DNA of 64,000 nt from Vulcanimicrobiota bacterium (GCA_963805945.1 CAWDVP010000002.1:288001-352000); one strand, 5' to 3'; counted from the first letter of the stretch, positions 23,799 through 35,697 are shown. The notes: generated from the sequence alone by a model not told the origin. Made by a program: numbers and translations.

Positions 23799-25185
23799 AT
23801 GGATGCTGCTGCGCCGCACGACGACGACACGATCGCCGCGATCGCGACGCCGCCTGGCGTTTCGGCCGTGGCGATCGTCCGCATCTCGGGTTCGCGCTCT
23901 TTGGCGGTCGCGTCGGCGTGTTTCGAAGCATCGCGCTCTGGTACGTTACGCCATGCGCGCGCGCGGCGCGGCTGGGTGCGCGATCCTTCCTCGGCCAACG
24001 GTTTGACGACGCGCTCGCCTTAGCTTTTCTCGCGCCGCATTCGTATACCGGAGAAGATGTCGTCGAATTGCAGGTGCATGGCGGTGCGGGCGTCGTCGCT
24101 TCCGTGCTCGCAAGCTCGCTTGCAGCTGGGGCGCGCCTCGCAGCGCCGGGAGAATTCACGCGGCGCGCGTTCGTCAACGGCAAGCTCGACCTCGCACAGG
24201 CCGAAGCGGTCGCCGATCTCATTGATGCGCAGTCGCGCCAGGCCGCGGCCGCGGCGGCGGTGCGGCTCGAGGGTGCACTCGGTCGCGCGCTGCGCGAATA
24301 CCGCGAAACGCTCACCGCGCGGCTCGTCGAGATCGAGGCGCACGTCGACTATCCCGATGAAGTGCCGGCGCCGGATAGCGCCGCGTTGGCGCGCGTCGTG
24401 CGCGAACAGCGCGAGGGCGTGGACGCGCTTTTGGCGGGCTCAGGTGCGGCGCGCGTTTTGCGCGACGGGCTCGACTGCGTCATCGCCGGGCCGCCCAACG
24501 CCGGCAAGTCGTCGCTGCTCAACGCGCTCGTGGACGCGGAGCGCGCCATCGTTTCGGAGACGCCCGGCACGACGCGCGATATCGTCGAGGAACACGTCGC
24601 CGTCGATGGCGTCGTGCTGCGTCTGCGAGATACCGCCGGATTGCGCATCACCGCGGACGCCGTCGAAGCCGAGGGTGTCGCGCGCGCCAAGCGCGCGATC
24701 GGCGATGCCGAGCTCGTCGGTAATCGTGCTCGACGGTTCGCGTGCGATCGATAGCGAGGCGAGCGATCTGCTTGCCGCGAGCGCCGGCCGGCCGCGGCTC
24801 GTACTGCTCAACAAACTTGATCTCGGCGATGACGGTGCGCGCGCATTCGCACGAACGTCTTCGGATATCACGTTCATCGGCGGCAGCGTGCGCTGGCCGA
24901 AGACGGTGAGCGCGCTGCGCGCGGAGATCGCGCGACTGGGTTGGGGCGGCGGTGCGATCGCGGCGAACAATGTCTTGGTGGCGAATGGGCGTCAGATCGA
25001 GGCGCTCACGCGCGCCCGTGAAGCGCTCGCGCATGCGCAGGCGACGCTCAATGCAGGCGTGCCCATCGATATGCTGGCCGGCGACATGCGCGCGGCGATC
25101 GCGGCTATATGGCGAGGTGACAGGCGAGACGGTGACCGAGGACGTGCTCGACGGGATCTTCTCTCGCTTCTGCGTCGGCAAGTAA
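23799..25185 (+). CDS. mnmE: tRNA modification GTPase (frameshifted)
   Basis: DTIAAIATPPG, SYTGEDVVE, GEFTRRAFVNGKLDL, GPPNAGKSSL, PGTTRD, DTAG, IFSRFCVGK. Confidence 0.93.
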
Positions 25186-25284
25186 GAAGGTTGGTTAGCG
25201 TCCGAGCGCATGGTAGTCGAACACGACCCATTTACACAACGCGCGCAACAGACAAAATACGAATGTTAGAAGGTTGAGTTAGAC

Positions 25285-25698
25285 TTGGCGGTCGATATTG
25301 TTCAGCTGCAAGACTTCTTGGCGGCTGCGATTTACGGTCTTCTACACGGCGAGACGGCCGTTGCTAGAACGGTGACCATCTGGATTCTCTCCTGGGTTTC
25401 GCGAAGATCCAAGCTTCACTTTGCGAAATCAGTCGAGTTCACTGCGCTTGCTCGACGCTGTTCAACAGCGATGGTGCAGCGGGGAACGTTCTCCGCCCCG
25501 ATGGGGCAGTGCTCGACAAGAATGAACTCATCGTTTGCGACTGAACCTGATTATGTCGCGTTTAAAGTTGATTTCGCAAGACCGGTTATTCTTCGCTCAG
25601 TCGGCCCCGAACGTTTGAAAGGGGATCCCGGCTCGACCTTGGCAGAGTTTCTGGCTTGGAGCGGTTTGGGTACCGCATCCAATACAGCGTTAGGATAG
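25285..25698 (+). CDS. Hypothetical protein in a lower-GC islet
   Basis: ORF only; atypical composition; no recognised motif. Confidence 0.35.
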   Translation: MAVDIVQLQDFLAAAIYGLLHGETAVARTVTIWILSWVSRRSKLHFAKSVEFTALARRCSTAMVQRGTFSAPMGQCSTRMNSSFATEPDYVAFKVDFARPVILRSVGPERLKGDPGSTLAEFLAWSGLGTASNTALG

Positions 25699-25725
25699 CC
25701 CGCCGGAGCAAAGGAATGCGATGAT

Positions 25726-25950
25726 ATGCTAGGATTCGAGCAACCAAAGCCCACATTTCTCAAGGCCTGGTTGTCAAGTCTGTTCATCGCGATCCCGGGC
25801 GCGCTAATCGCGATCTACGGGTTTCACACGGCTGTGCTCGGGACCGTCTTGGTAGCATTTTTGGGAAGTCTCATCATGGCGTACAGCATCAACCAGCGCG
25901 TGAGCAATGACTGGCGCGCGAAGGACACGCTCGATAGGTACAAGCGCTAG
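25726..25950 (+). CDS. Small two-TM membrane protein
   Basis: AAGGA upstream; two hydrophobic segments. Confidence 0.55.
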   Translation: MLGFEQPKPTFLKAWLSSLFIAIPGALIAIYGFHTAVLGTVLVAFLGSLIMAYSINQRVSNDWRAKDTLDRYKR

Positions 25951-26003
25951 CGAAGTCCGCGACTAGGACCGCCGAGCGCATCCGCGAACCAACCGCATCG
26001 GAT

Positions 26004-27867
26004 ATGAAGAACGATTTCGACGTCATCGTCATCGGCGGTGGCCACGCCGGCTGCGAAGCCGCGCTCGCATCCGCCCGCATGGGGGCGCGCACGCTCGTCG
26101 TCACCGGCAGGCTCGACACGATCGGGCTCATGCCGTGCAATCCGTCGATCGGCGGACCGGCCAAGGGCCAGCTCGCGCGCGAAGTGGATGCGCTCGGCGG
26201 CGAGATGGGCCGCGCCATCGACGACACATATCTTCACGTGCGCTGGCTCAACGAGAGCCGTGGCCCCGCCGTGCGGGCGTTGCGCGCGCAGGCCGACAAG
26301 GCGGCATACGCCGCGCGCATGCGGGCAGCGCTGGAAGCGCAGCCGGATCTCTTCTTATTGGAAGCTTTTGTCGTCGACCTGAAGACCGACGCCGGTGGCA
26401 TCATAGGTGTTGTGCTCAAGGACGGTTCGTTCCTTAGAGCGGGACAAGTCGTGCTATCGGCCGGCACCTTTATGAGCGGCAAACTGTTCGCGGGTGAGCG
26501 ATCGACGGCCGGCGGTCGCGTCGGCGAGGCGCCCAGCATCGGGTTGTCTGACGCGTTGCGTCGACTCGGCTTTCCGACGGTGCGTCTGAAGACCGGCACG
26601 CCGCCGCGCGTGCACGCGGACTCGATCGATTTCACAAAGACGGAAACGCAGCCGCCGAGTCCGGTGCCGCTCGCCTTCTCCTATCGCAGCGTGCCGAAAT
26701 TTCCCGGACCGCAACTCGCGTGCCACATCACGAGCACCAACGATGCGACGCACGCGCTGATCCGCGCAAATTTGCATCGCTCGCCGATGTACGGACTCGG
26801 CGCGATCGAAGGCGTCGGCCCGCGCTACTGTCCGTCGATCGAAGATAAAGTGGTGAAGTTCGCGCACAACCCGAGTCATCAGATCTTTCTCGAACCGGAA
26901 GGCCGCGAAACGAAGTGGACATATGTCGGCGGATTCTCGACGTCGCTGCCGGACGAAGTGCAACTCGAGATGCTGCACACGTTGCCCGGACTCGAACATG
27001 CGGAGATGCTGCGCGCCGGGCTACGCGGTGGAATACGATTGCGTGCCGCCGACCGAACTACGCGCAACGCTAGAGACCAAGCGGGTTAGCGGGCTTTATC
27101 ACGCCGGCCAAGTGAACGGCACCTCGGGCTATGAAGAGGCCGCCGCGCAAGGCATCGTCGCCGGCATGAACGCAGCGTTGCGCGCGCAAGGTCGCGAGCA
27201 GATCACGTTTTCGCGCGCGACGTCGTACATCGGCACGCTCATCGACGATCTCATCACGCAAGGCGCAGCCGAACCATATCGCATGTTGTCGTCGCGCGCG
27301 GAGTTCCGATTGTTGCTGCGTCACGACAACGCCGACACGCGACTCATGCCGATCGGACGCGCCGTAGGTTTGGTGGACGACGCGAATTGGCGCGATTTCG
27401 AGTGGCGCATGGCGACGATGGAGCGCGAGCGCGCGCGTCTCGAAGCGACGCGAGCGAGCGCCGACATGCGCGCTCGCTTCGACGCCGAGCCCGGCGCGAC
27501 GCTGGCACAGTTGCTGCGCCGTCAGGATTCGGAGTACGCCGCGATCGCGGGGGACGACGCGATTGATCCGGAGCTCGGCGAGCGGTTGGTCACCGAACTG
27601 CGCTACGAAGGCTATATCCGCCGCCAGGCACAGGCGGTCGAGCGCCTCGCCAAGGCCGAACATGCCAGGATCCCCGCTGATTTCGACTACGGCTCGTGCC
27701 GCGGGCTCTCGCGCGAAGCGACCGAGAAGCTGGGAGCGCTGCGGCCCGAGACGGTCGGCCAGGCCGGGCGCATCCCGGGCGTGACGCCGGCAGACGTGGC
27801 GGTCGTGTCGGTCTACCTGCGCCGCTGGCGCGAGGCCCCGCCCGCGCTCGCCGGCGCCGCGGTGTGA
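26004..27867 (+). CDS. mnmG: tRNA uridine carboxymethylaminomethyl modification enzyme (frameshift near 27020)
   Basis: [56 protein letters not shown]. Confidence 0.95.
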
Positions 27868-28529
27868 GCTCGGAAGAGCCGCTCGATCGGCTCATCGATG
27901 GGCTGCGGACGCTCGGCTTCGAGCACCCCGCCCGCCTCGCGGGCCGTCTGGCCGAGTTCTCCGGCCTTCTGCTCGAGGCCAACACCCGGACCAATCTCGT
28001 CGGCGCAAAGACGCTCGAAGGCCTCGTCGCGCCGCACCTGCTCGACAGCCTGGCGCCCCTGGCCGGGCTGCGCCTGGCCTCGCCGGTGGTGGATGTGGGC
28101 AGCGGCGGGGGAATGCCCGGCATCCCCGCGGCGCTTGCCTTTCCCGCGAGCCGCTTCGTGCTGCTCGAGCCCAGGGCCAAACGGGTGGCGTTTCTCAAGG
28201 AAGCAGTGGCCGCGTTAGGGTTGAGCAACGTCGAGATCGAGCAGACCTCGGCGCAGACAGCCTGCAAGACGACCTTGCGGCGGGCGCCGGGACGCTGCTG
28301 GTCCGGGCCCTCGCCAAGCCGGCCGAAACCCTAGAGCTGGCCTTGCCGCTTCTCGCCCCGGCGGGCCGGTCTGATCCTCTACCTGGGGCGCGCGGCGACG
28401 CCCACCATGGCCGAGGTCGCGACGATGAAGCGCCTTGGGGCGCGGCTGGCAGAGGCCCGCCGCCTTCAGGTTCCGTACCTTGAGGCGCAACGGCACGTCT
28501 GGATCATCAAGAGAATAACGGTCGAATAA
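27864..28529 (+). CDS. rsmG: 16S rRNA m7G methyltransferase (frameshifted)
   Basis: [29 protein letters not shown]; follows mnmG. Confidence 0.88.
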
Positions 28530-28566
28530 ATTCGACCGCTCCATGACGCCGAGAAGGGTCGGAAAA

Positions 28567-28582
28567 GGTTTCACGTGGAACA
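28567..28582. other. parS centromere-like site
   Basis: GGTTTCACGTGGAACA; reverse complement TGTTCCACGTGAAACC matches TGTTNCACGTGAAACA at 15/16; 1.4 kb upstream of parA. Confidence 0.85.
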
Positions 28583-28584
28583 TT

Positions 28585-29961
28585 ATGGCTGACTTCGAGC
28601 GCCTGCTCGTCGAGGCACTGCCCGAGGCCGGGGTGTATGCCGTCGGCGGCAGCGTGCGCGACGCCGTGCTCGCGGAGCTTGGTAAGCCCCAGCCCAACGC
28701 GCCGGACCTCGATTACCTGGTCACCGGGCTGCCGCTCGAGACGCTCTTGGAGCGGCTCCGGCCGCTGGGCCGGGCGGAGGTCGTCGGGGCGTCCTTCGGG
28801 GTCATCAAGTTCAGCCGCGACGACGCGACGGTGGACATCGCGCTGCCCCGGCGCGAGCGCTCGACCGGCCCGCACCACCGGGACTTCGAGATCCAGTCGG
28901 CGCCGGATATCCCCATAGAAGAAGACCTGGGGCGGCGGGATTTCCGGATCAACATGATGGCGCGCGACGTCCGGACTGGGGCGATCGTCGACCCCACGGC
29001 GGCCGGGCCGACCTCGAGGCCGGCCGGCTGGACGTGCTGCGCGAGCAGGCCTTCGAAGAGGACCCGTTGCGGATCTTGCGCGGGGCCCAATTCGCGGCCC
29101 GTTTCGAGCTCGTGCCGACGCCCGCAACCCTCGCAGCCATGCGGGATGCAGCCGACAAGGTGCCCAGCGTGGCGCCCGAGCGGATCGCCGACGAGCTGGC
29201 CAAACTGCTCACCCTGGCGGAGCGGCCGAGCGTGGGTCTCGAGCTGCTGCGCGACACCGGGGCGCTGACCTACGTCATGCCGGAGCTGCTCGAGGGCTGG
29301 GGCGTCGAGCAGAACCAATACCACGCCTACTCGGTCTACGAGCACAGCCTGCGGGCGTGCGACGCGGCCCCGGCAGGAGCCGCTCGAGCTACGCCTGGCG
29401 GCGCTGCTGCACGACGTCGGCAAGCCCCGCACCAAGGAGGGTCCGCACTTCTACGGCCACGAGAAGGTCGGGGCCGACATGACCCGGGCGCTGCTCGAAC
29501 GGCTGCGCTTCGGCGGCGACCTCGTCGACCGGGTGACGGGCCTGGTCGCCAACCACATGTACACCACCGCCGACGCCGTCTCCGATGCCGGCATCCGGCG
29601 CTTCATCCGGCGCGTCGGCCGGACAACGTGGACGATCTCTTCGCCTGCGCCACGCAGACGTCGAGGCCACCGGCCTGCCGCCCCACGACGGCGGCGAGAA
29701 CGAGCGCTTCGAAGCCCGGGTCCGAGGGTGCTGGGGGCCGGCCACCCGATGAGCATCGCCGATCTGCAGATCAAAGGAGAGGAAGTCATCGGGATCATGC
29801 GTGACATGGGAGTCGTCGGAGCCGACTTCCAGGGCGACGGACGCGTCGGCGCGGCGCTGCGCGCCTGCCTTGAAGAGGTCCTCGACGACCCCGGCCGCAA
29901 TGAGCCGCAAGCGCTGCGCTCCATTGTGCGCAGCTTTTTTGATTCCAAGAAGCCCAAATAG
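28585..29961 (+). CDS. CCA-adding/poly(A) polymerase-family nucleotidyltransferase with HD domain (frameshifted)
   Basis: YAVGGSVRD, DLDY, EEDLGRRDFRIN, FEEDPLRILR, LLHDVGKP, FYGHE. Confidence 0.85.
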
Positions 29962-29979
29962 GTCTGCATAGCGGGACAA

Positions 29980-30764
29980 ATGGCTAAGCGAAAACCACAG
30001 AGCGGGACGAACCGCACCATCGCCATCGCCAACCAAAAAGGCGGCGTCGGCAAGACGACCACCGCGGTGAACCTCGCCGCCGCGCTCGCGCAGCGCGGCC
30101 GGCGCGTCTTGCTCGTCGACGTCGATCCGCAAGGCAACTCGACCACCGCGCTCGGCATCGAGAAAGCCGCGGTGAAGAAATGCATCTACGACGTGCTGCT
30201 CGCGTCGGCCGGTCTCGATGAAGCGGTGCTCGAAACGAACGTGAGCGGGCTGTCGATCGTGCCCGCGACGCTCAATCTCGCAGGCGCGGAGATCGAACTC
30301 GTGTCAGCGTTGTCGCGCGAACAGCGGCTGCGCACCGCGCTGCAGGCGAGCGCGACGACCTATGACGACATCATCATCGACTGCCCGCCGTCGCTCGGCT
30401 TGCTCACGCTCAACGCGCTCACCGCGGCGCGCTGGCTCATCGTGCCGGTGCAGGCGGAATACCTCGCGTTAGAAGGGCTCGGCCAGCTCACGCGCGTCAT
30501 CGGCCTGGTGCGCACGCATCTCGACGAGGACCTGGAGATCATGGCGTGCTCGTGACGATGTACGACGGGCGCACGAATCTCGCGACGCAGGTGGTCGCCG
30601 AAGTCGAGAGCTTCTTCCCCGGCGTGGTGTTCGCCACGCGCATCCCGCGCACGATCCGGTTGTCGGAAGCGCCGTCGTACGGCAAACCGATCGGCACATT
30701 CGACGCCAAGAGCAAGGGCGCGCTCGCATATGCGGCGCTCGCCGACGAGGTACTAGCGAGATGA
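29980..30764 (+). CDS. parA: ParA/Soj ATPase (frameshift near 30545)
   Basis: [37 protein letters not shown]. Confidence 0.95.
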
Positions 30765-31635
30765 GCAAACAGCGTGGACTCGGCCGCGGTCTGGGGGCGC
30801 TGTTCCCGGGCGCCGATGCGCGCGGGGCGGCGCGTCCAGCGACCGCACGGTGATGGCGCTCGCGCTTCCGACGTCGCGCCGAATCCCGCAGCAGCCGCGG
30901 CGCGCCTTCGAGGGCGACGCACTCGCGCTGCTCGCGCGATCGATGAAGGCGAAAGGCGTGCTGGCCCCGAGCCTGGTGCGCCCCAAACACATCGGGGCCG
31001 CGCACTACGATGACATCGCCGGCGAACGGCGCTGGCGCGCGGCCAAGCTCGCCGGCCTGCGCACCATACAGGCGCTGATGCACGACACGAAGGACGGTCA
31101 CGCGATCGAATTGACGCTGTTCGGACCTGCAGCGCACCGATCTGAACCCGATCGAAGAGGCCTCGGGCTATCGCCGGCTCATCGCCGAGTACGATTTCGC
31201 GCAAGAGTCCTGGCGCAGCGCTCGGCAAAGCGCGGCCCACCATGGCCAACGCGCTGCGCCTGCTGTCATTGCCCGATACGGTGCAGGCGATGGTCCGCGA
31301 CAGCAAGCTCTCCGCCGGCCACGCGCAGGCGCTCGCCGCGTTGCCCGATCCCAAAGCGGTGAAGCTAGCGCGCCAGACGATCGAGCACGGTTGGAACATG
31401 CACGAGCTCGAGCGCGCGGTGTCGCCGCCCGGCTATTCCAGATCGGCGCGCGGCCGCGCAGCGGCCGCCCGAGCTGTCCAGCAGATTTCGCCGAGGTCGA
31501 AAGCCGTTTGCGCTTCGCGCTCGCGACGCGCGTGGCGCTGCGTCGCGGCACACACAGCGGCAGCATCGGATCCACTACGCGGACGATGACGAATTGCAGC
31601 GCATCGTCGACCGCATCTGTCCGGAGGCATCGTGA
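30761..31635 (+). CDS. parB: ParB/Spo0J (error-rich, frameshifted)
   Basis: RGLGRGLGAL, QPRRAF, IAGERRWRAAKLAGL, DLNPIEEA, ANALRLLSLP, LSAGHA. Confidence 0.9.
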
Positions 31636-32448
31636 AACGCGTCTTCATCCCGCTCGTCGCCTGCGCGCTGGCGCTCTCCGCCGCTACGCCTAAGCCGTCG
31701 CCCGCGCCATCTCCCGATCCCGCCACCATCGCCGCCGTGACACAGTACGTAAACGCGCTCGCGCACAGCGATTTCAAAGCGGCCTACGCCATATCAAGCA
31801 CATCGCCGCAGCATTACTTCCTCAGCCCGAACAACCTCGCGTCGAATACGCAGACGACGAACTACGTCGTCAAGAAGGCGACCGTCTTCGGCGTGATCTC
31901 ACACGGCGCGATCATCGAAGTCGTCATGCGCGAAGAGGTGTCGTTCCTCGACATCGGCATCCAGAAGACCATCAAGGGCGGGATGAACGAGCCTATTTCG
32001 AGGTCCACGAAAACGGCGCGTGGCGGGTCAAACGGCTCTACCAGCCCTGGAAGTCCTACGCCCCGAACGTAACGGACAACCAGAAGGGCGTCGATGTCAT
32101 CGTCGATCGCGTCGAGTACTATGACAAGCGCGTCCGCTGGACTGCACCATCCGCAACTCGGGAACGATGCCCGTCCGGTGTTGCCCTCGGGCAAGACGAG
32201 GCTGACCATCGGCGCCGGCGCGCCGATAGCCGCGATGAACGATCCGACGTTTCCGCTCAACGATGTCGCGTACTTCGAGGGATGCGGCTCGTGCCGCAAC
32301 ACCAGGCGGTCAGGTTCGTCGACTTTCCGTTGACGGAGAAGAGAGACGAAGATCGGCAGCTCACGCTGATCGTCGCGCCTGCGATTGCGGACGCCGCCGA
32401 GCAGACGTTCAGCGTCGGCGTGGGCCCATGCTCCTTCGGCGTCTGTAG
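31632..32448 (+). CDS. Secreted hypothetical protein (frameshifted)
   Basis: Signal peptide MKRVFIPLVACALALSAA plus PSPAPSP linker; coding-like sequence continues across frames; end approximate. Confidence 0.55.
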
Positions 32449-32625
32449 CGCCAGACGGTCCGCCAGGCGGGCCGAGGCGGCCCTGGCGGTACCGGAGGAG
32501 ATGGCCGAAAGCCCTACGAACCACGTCGCTGGAGTCGGGTCGCCACACGCACCGCGCGGTCGAGCCGATTCGGGGCACTGCACGTACGTGTTGCTTCTTC
32601 GGATCGGCGTACGAGAGGGCTGGCA

Positions 32626-33137
32626 ATGCAGGTATTGCGGCGGACAGGTCTTGCACTTGGCGCAGCGGCGACGCTTTCGCGATGACCGGATGCGGCGGCC
32701 TCGGCGTCAAATTCGGGTCCGGTCCGAAAGGCTCGAGCGGCGTCGACCACGTCACCATCTTCGTGACCAGCGGCGTCAACGTCCCCACCGTCAATCGCGA
32801 CGTTCGCTCGCGCTGACGTGCGTGGCCTATGACGTCCGCGGTTATATCTCGACCACGCAGAGCTGTATATCGTCCACGTCATTCCCCGAATGCAGCGATG
32901 GTCGTGCTCGGATTCATCCTCGGTCGGCGTGCGGCGGCATCTTGGTCTTCCTCGACCCGTCATGCGTCGCGCCGACGCCGGTCAACGTCACGGTCGACCC
33001 CAGCACGTTCATCGTGACGGTGTCGACGAAGTCCGCCACGCAGGAGTCTGCCGTGCTGGGCGAGTCGCCGGGGCACCCAGGCGCTCAACGCGACCGTCTC
33101 CGGCATCACGGGGACCGTGACGGTCACGGTCGATTAG
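32626..33137 (+). CDS. Ig-like lipoprotein, tandem copy 1 (frameshifted)
   Basis: RBS GAGAGGG; reconstructed MQVLRRTGLALGAAATLxAMTG-CGG...LALTCVAYDVRG...NATVSGITGTVTVTVD. Confidence 0.55.
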
Positions 33138-33168
33138 ACGTCGGATTTCGGCGTTCTCTTCGAGAAGT

Positions 33169-33196
33169 AGGCCGGCGGCGACCGGCCTCTTTTTTT
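33169..33196 (+). terminator. Intrinsic terminator, copy 1
   Basis: AGGCCGG-cggcga-CCGGCCT followed by cT7. Confidence 0.75.
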
Positions 33197-33407
33197 CGGC
33201 TCGATCAGCCTCGCTTGCTGTCGAGGCAGGCGCGGCCGCCGTGGACGTACCACGAGTACAAACAGCAGCGCCGGAGATCGCTGAAAGCCCTACAGAACCG
33301 CGTCGCTGAAGCCGGTCCACACACGTATCGCGCGGTCGAGCCATTCGGGGCGGCGCAGACGGCGTGCTTCAGCTTCTTTGTCGGATCGGCGTACGAAAGG
33401 ACTGGCG

Positions 33408-33882
33408 ATCCAGGTGTTCCGGCGGACAGTTGTTGTCACTGGCGCCACGGGGGGAGTTTTCGCGCTCGCCGGATGCGGCGGTCTTCGACGTGGATACTCA
33501 GGTCCGGTCCGAAGGGCTCGAGCGGCGTCGACCACGTCAGCATGTTCGTGACAGCGGCGTCAACATCCCCACCGTCGATCATGGTTTGCCGCTCGCGCTG
33601 ACGTGCGTGGCCTATGACGTCCGCGGTTACATCTCGACGACGCAGGGCTGCATATGGTCCACGGCGGGCCTCCGCGGGGGCATCTTGGTCTTCCTCGACC
33701 CGCGATGCGCTCGCCCGTGCCGTTCACTGTCACAAACGACCCGGTCGACCCAGCATTTCATCGGCACGACAAAGGGCGCGACACAGGATAGTCTGCGTCC
33801 TGGGCGTCGCCGGGGGAACCCAGGCGCTGCGACGCCACGGTTTCCGGCATCACCGGCAGGGTCGACGGTCACGGTAAATTCG
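33408..33882 (+). CDS. Ig-like lipoprotein, tandem copy 2 (degenerate or error-rich; ATC in place of ATG)
   Basis: Shares GCGG, SGPKGSSGVDHV, LALTCVAYDVRGYISTTQ and GGILVFLDP with copy 1. Confidence 0.45.
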
Positions 33883-33913
33883 ACGTCGGATTCCGGCGTT
33901 CACTTCAAGAAGC

Positions 33914-33941
33914 AGGCCGGCGGCGACCGGCCTCTTTTTTT
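33914..33941 (+). terminator. Intrinsic terminator, copy 2
   Basis: Same hairpin and T-run as 33169-33196. Confidence 0.75.
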
Positions 33942-33992
33942 CGGCTCTCGCCTAGATCGACCCGCGCTCAGATAATCATCGACTTCTCGCGC

Positions 33993-35640
33993 TTGCCGCC
34001 GTCGCAACGGCAAGCCCGCTGGCGTCACCGACAGCGACGCCCTCCCCACGCCCGCCCCCACACCCGTGCCGCGCCCGGCGGCGGTCGCCATCATATCGCG
34101 TCTCGCACCGGCGCCCGTACCTCGAGAAGAGCGTGCGCACCGCGTAGTCGCGCTCGCCGCCCCCGACACGATCGCGCCGCTGCACGCGCTGCACGCGCAT
34201 CCGCGCGCGCGCTTCTCGATGGCGCTCGACGCCGATGCGCTCGACGGTCTCGCGCATGCGGCCGTCGGCGGCGGCGTGCTCGAAGAGATGGCCGCTCGTC
34301 ATCTGCACCGGCGACGTGCGCGTCGACGATCTGCTGCGATCCTCTCGCAGGTGCCCAGCATGAGCGCCGGCCTCGCGAACACGCCGGCGGCACGACGTAT
34401 ACGCGCTAGCGGCGGGCGCGCCGCTCGCGTTCTCCGGACAACGCGCGGCGCGCTTCACCGACGCCGACTCGTCGACTTCGCGGGTTCGCCGCGATCGCGC
34501 CGCTCGCCGACGCCGGCGCGCTGCGCAGACCTCACCGCTGCTGAGAAAAGCTCGCTAGGAGCGCCGAGCCAGCCGCTGCGGAGCCAGCTCGCCGCGCTCG
34601 ACGCGGGGATCCTCGACGGGCTCAAGACCGCCGCCGCTCTGGGCAGCCCGACCGGCTCGCGGACCCAGCGGAGAACCGATCCTGCCGTTGTTCATCGACG
34701 GCGGCGGCAAGAGCGGCGCGTTCGTCGTGCTCGTCGAGGCGGTGCGGACGCCGCGTATCAAGTGGACACCGCGATGCACGTCGTGAACCCCGGCGGCGGG
34801 GCGGTCGGCGTCTATTCGCCGCACGGCGCGTACGACGACAAGACGGCCGCGCTGCTCGAACAGCATCATGCGGCGTTCTGGCACTGTTCTCAGACCGCGT
34901 GCTCCGCTCGTCGCCGTCGAGCGGCTCCAGCGAAGCCGTCGCGGCGGCCGATGCTGCGGCGTTCCACGCGTACTGCTCGAGGCGGCCGAAGGCAAGCCGC
35001 TCATGACGCTGTTCTGGCATCAGGACGACGGCGCTTCGCTGTCCGTCCTGTCGACCAGACTGCCGGCGACCGCCATGGGCGCGCGCACCCTCGAATACGC
35101 CAAAGATGCCGGCGCCCGCAGCGGCGACGGCTCGATCCTCATCGTGCGCATCGAAGCTGACGGCCTGTGGAACCGCCGCGCCGACCGGCAGCAAGTCGTC
35201 GACGAGCTCGCCGCCGCGCTTGCATCCGGCGCGACGGAGTCGGTGACGATCGCCCAATACGTGCGCGAGCATCCGCCATCGACGCAGGCGTACGGCTTCG
35301 CGCCGGCGGCGGATGAAGGCGGCCTCTCCTATTGGATGGGGACGATCAATCAGGTGTCGATGTGGCGCGCGCTTGCGACCGCTCGCGTGGACGCCGGCGG
35401 CAATGGCGCGCTCGTGCGCGAGACGTCACGCCGGCCGTTGCTCGAGGCAGAGGCCTCGCACTGGTTCTTGGCGCCGCAGCTGCTCGCGCCGGCTTGGGAG
35501 ATCCAACACCAGCTCGACGGCTTCCGGCTCCTGATCGCCGACATCTATCGTGCGGCGGGACGTCCGGTGCCCCAGAACATCGCTCCGATGCGGGCAGAGC
35601 CCTCGCCGATCCTAGCCCGCGCCCTTAATCGGCCGAAAAG
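33993..35640 (+). CDS. Glycoside hydrolase family 57-like protein, degenerate (frameshifted; ends approximate)
   Basis: EPILPLFID, GVYSPHGAY, LSYWMG..Q..MWRAL..AR and LEAEASHWF resemble GH57 conserved regions. Confidence 0.5.
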
Positions 35641-35651
35641 GCAAACAAGCG

Positions 35652-35682
35652 TTCTCCACAGGAGCTGTGGATATGTGGAAAA
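35652..35682. promoter_or_regulatory. Cluster of three DnaA boxes upstream of thiD
   Basis: ttctccaca 35652, tgtggatat 35666, tgtggaaaa 35674 (last one fits TTWTNCACA exactly on the minus strand). Confidence 0.6.
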
Positions 35683-35697
35683 CTCCGAAATAGCCCG

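Noticed and set aside
32495..32625. Leader of the duplicated unit as a known riboswitch (GAAA loop suggested c-di-GMP-I)
   Set aside because: I could not match the required consensus by eye; kept only as a conserved leader of unknown nature
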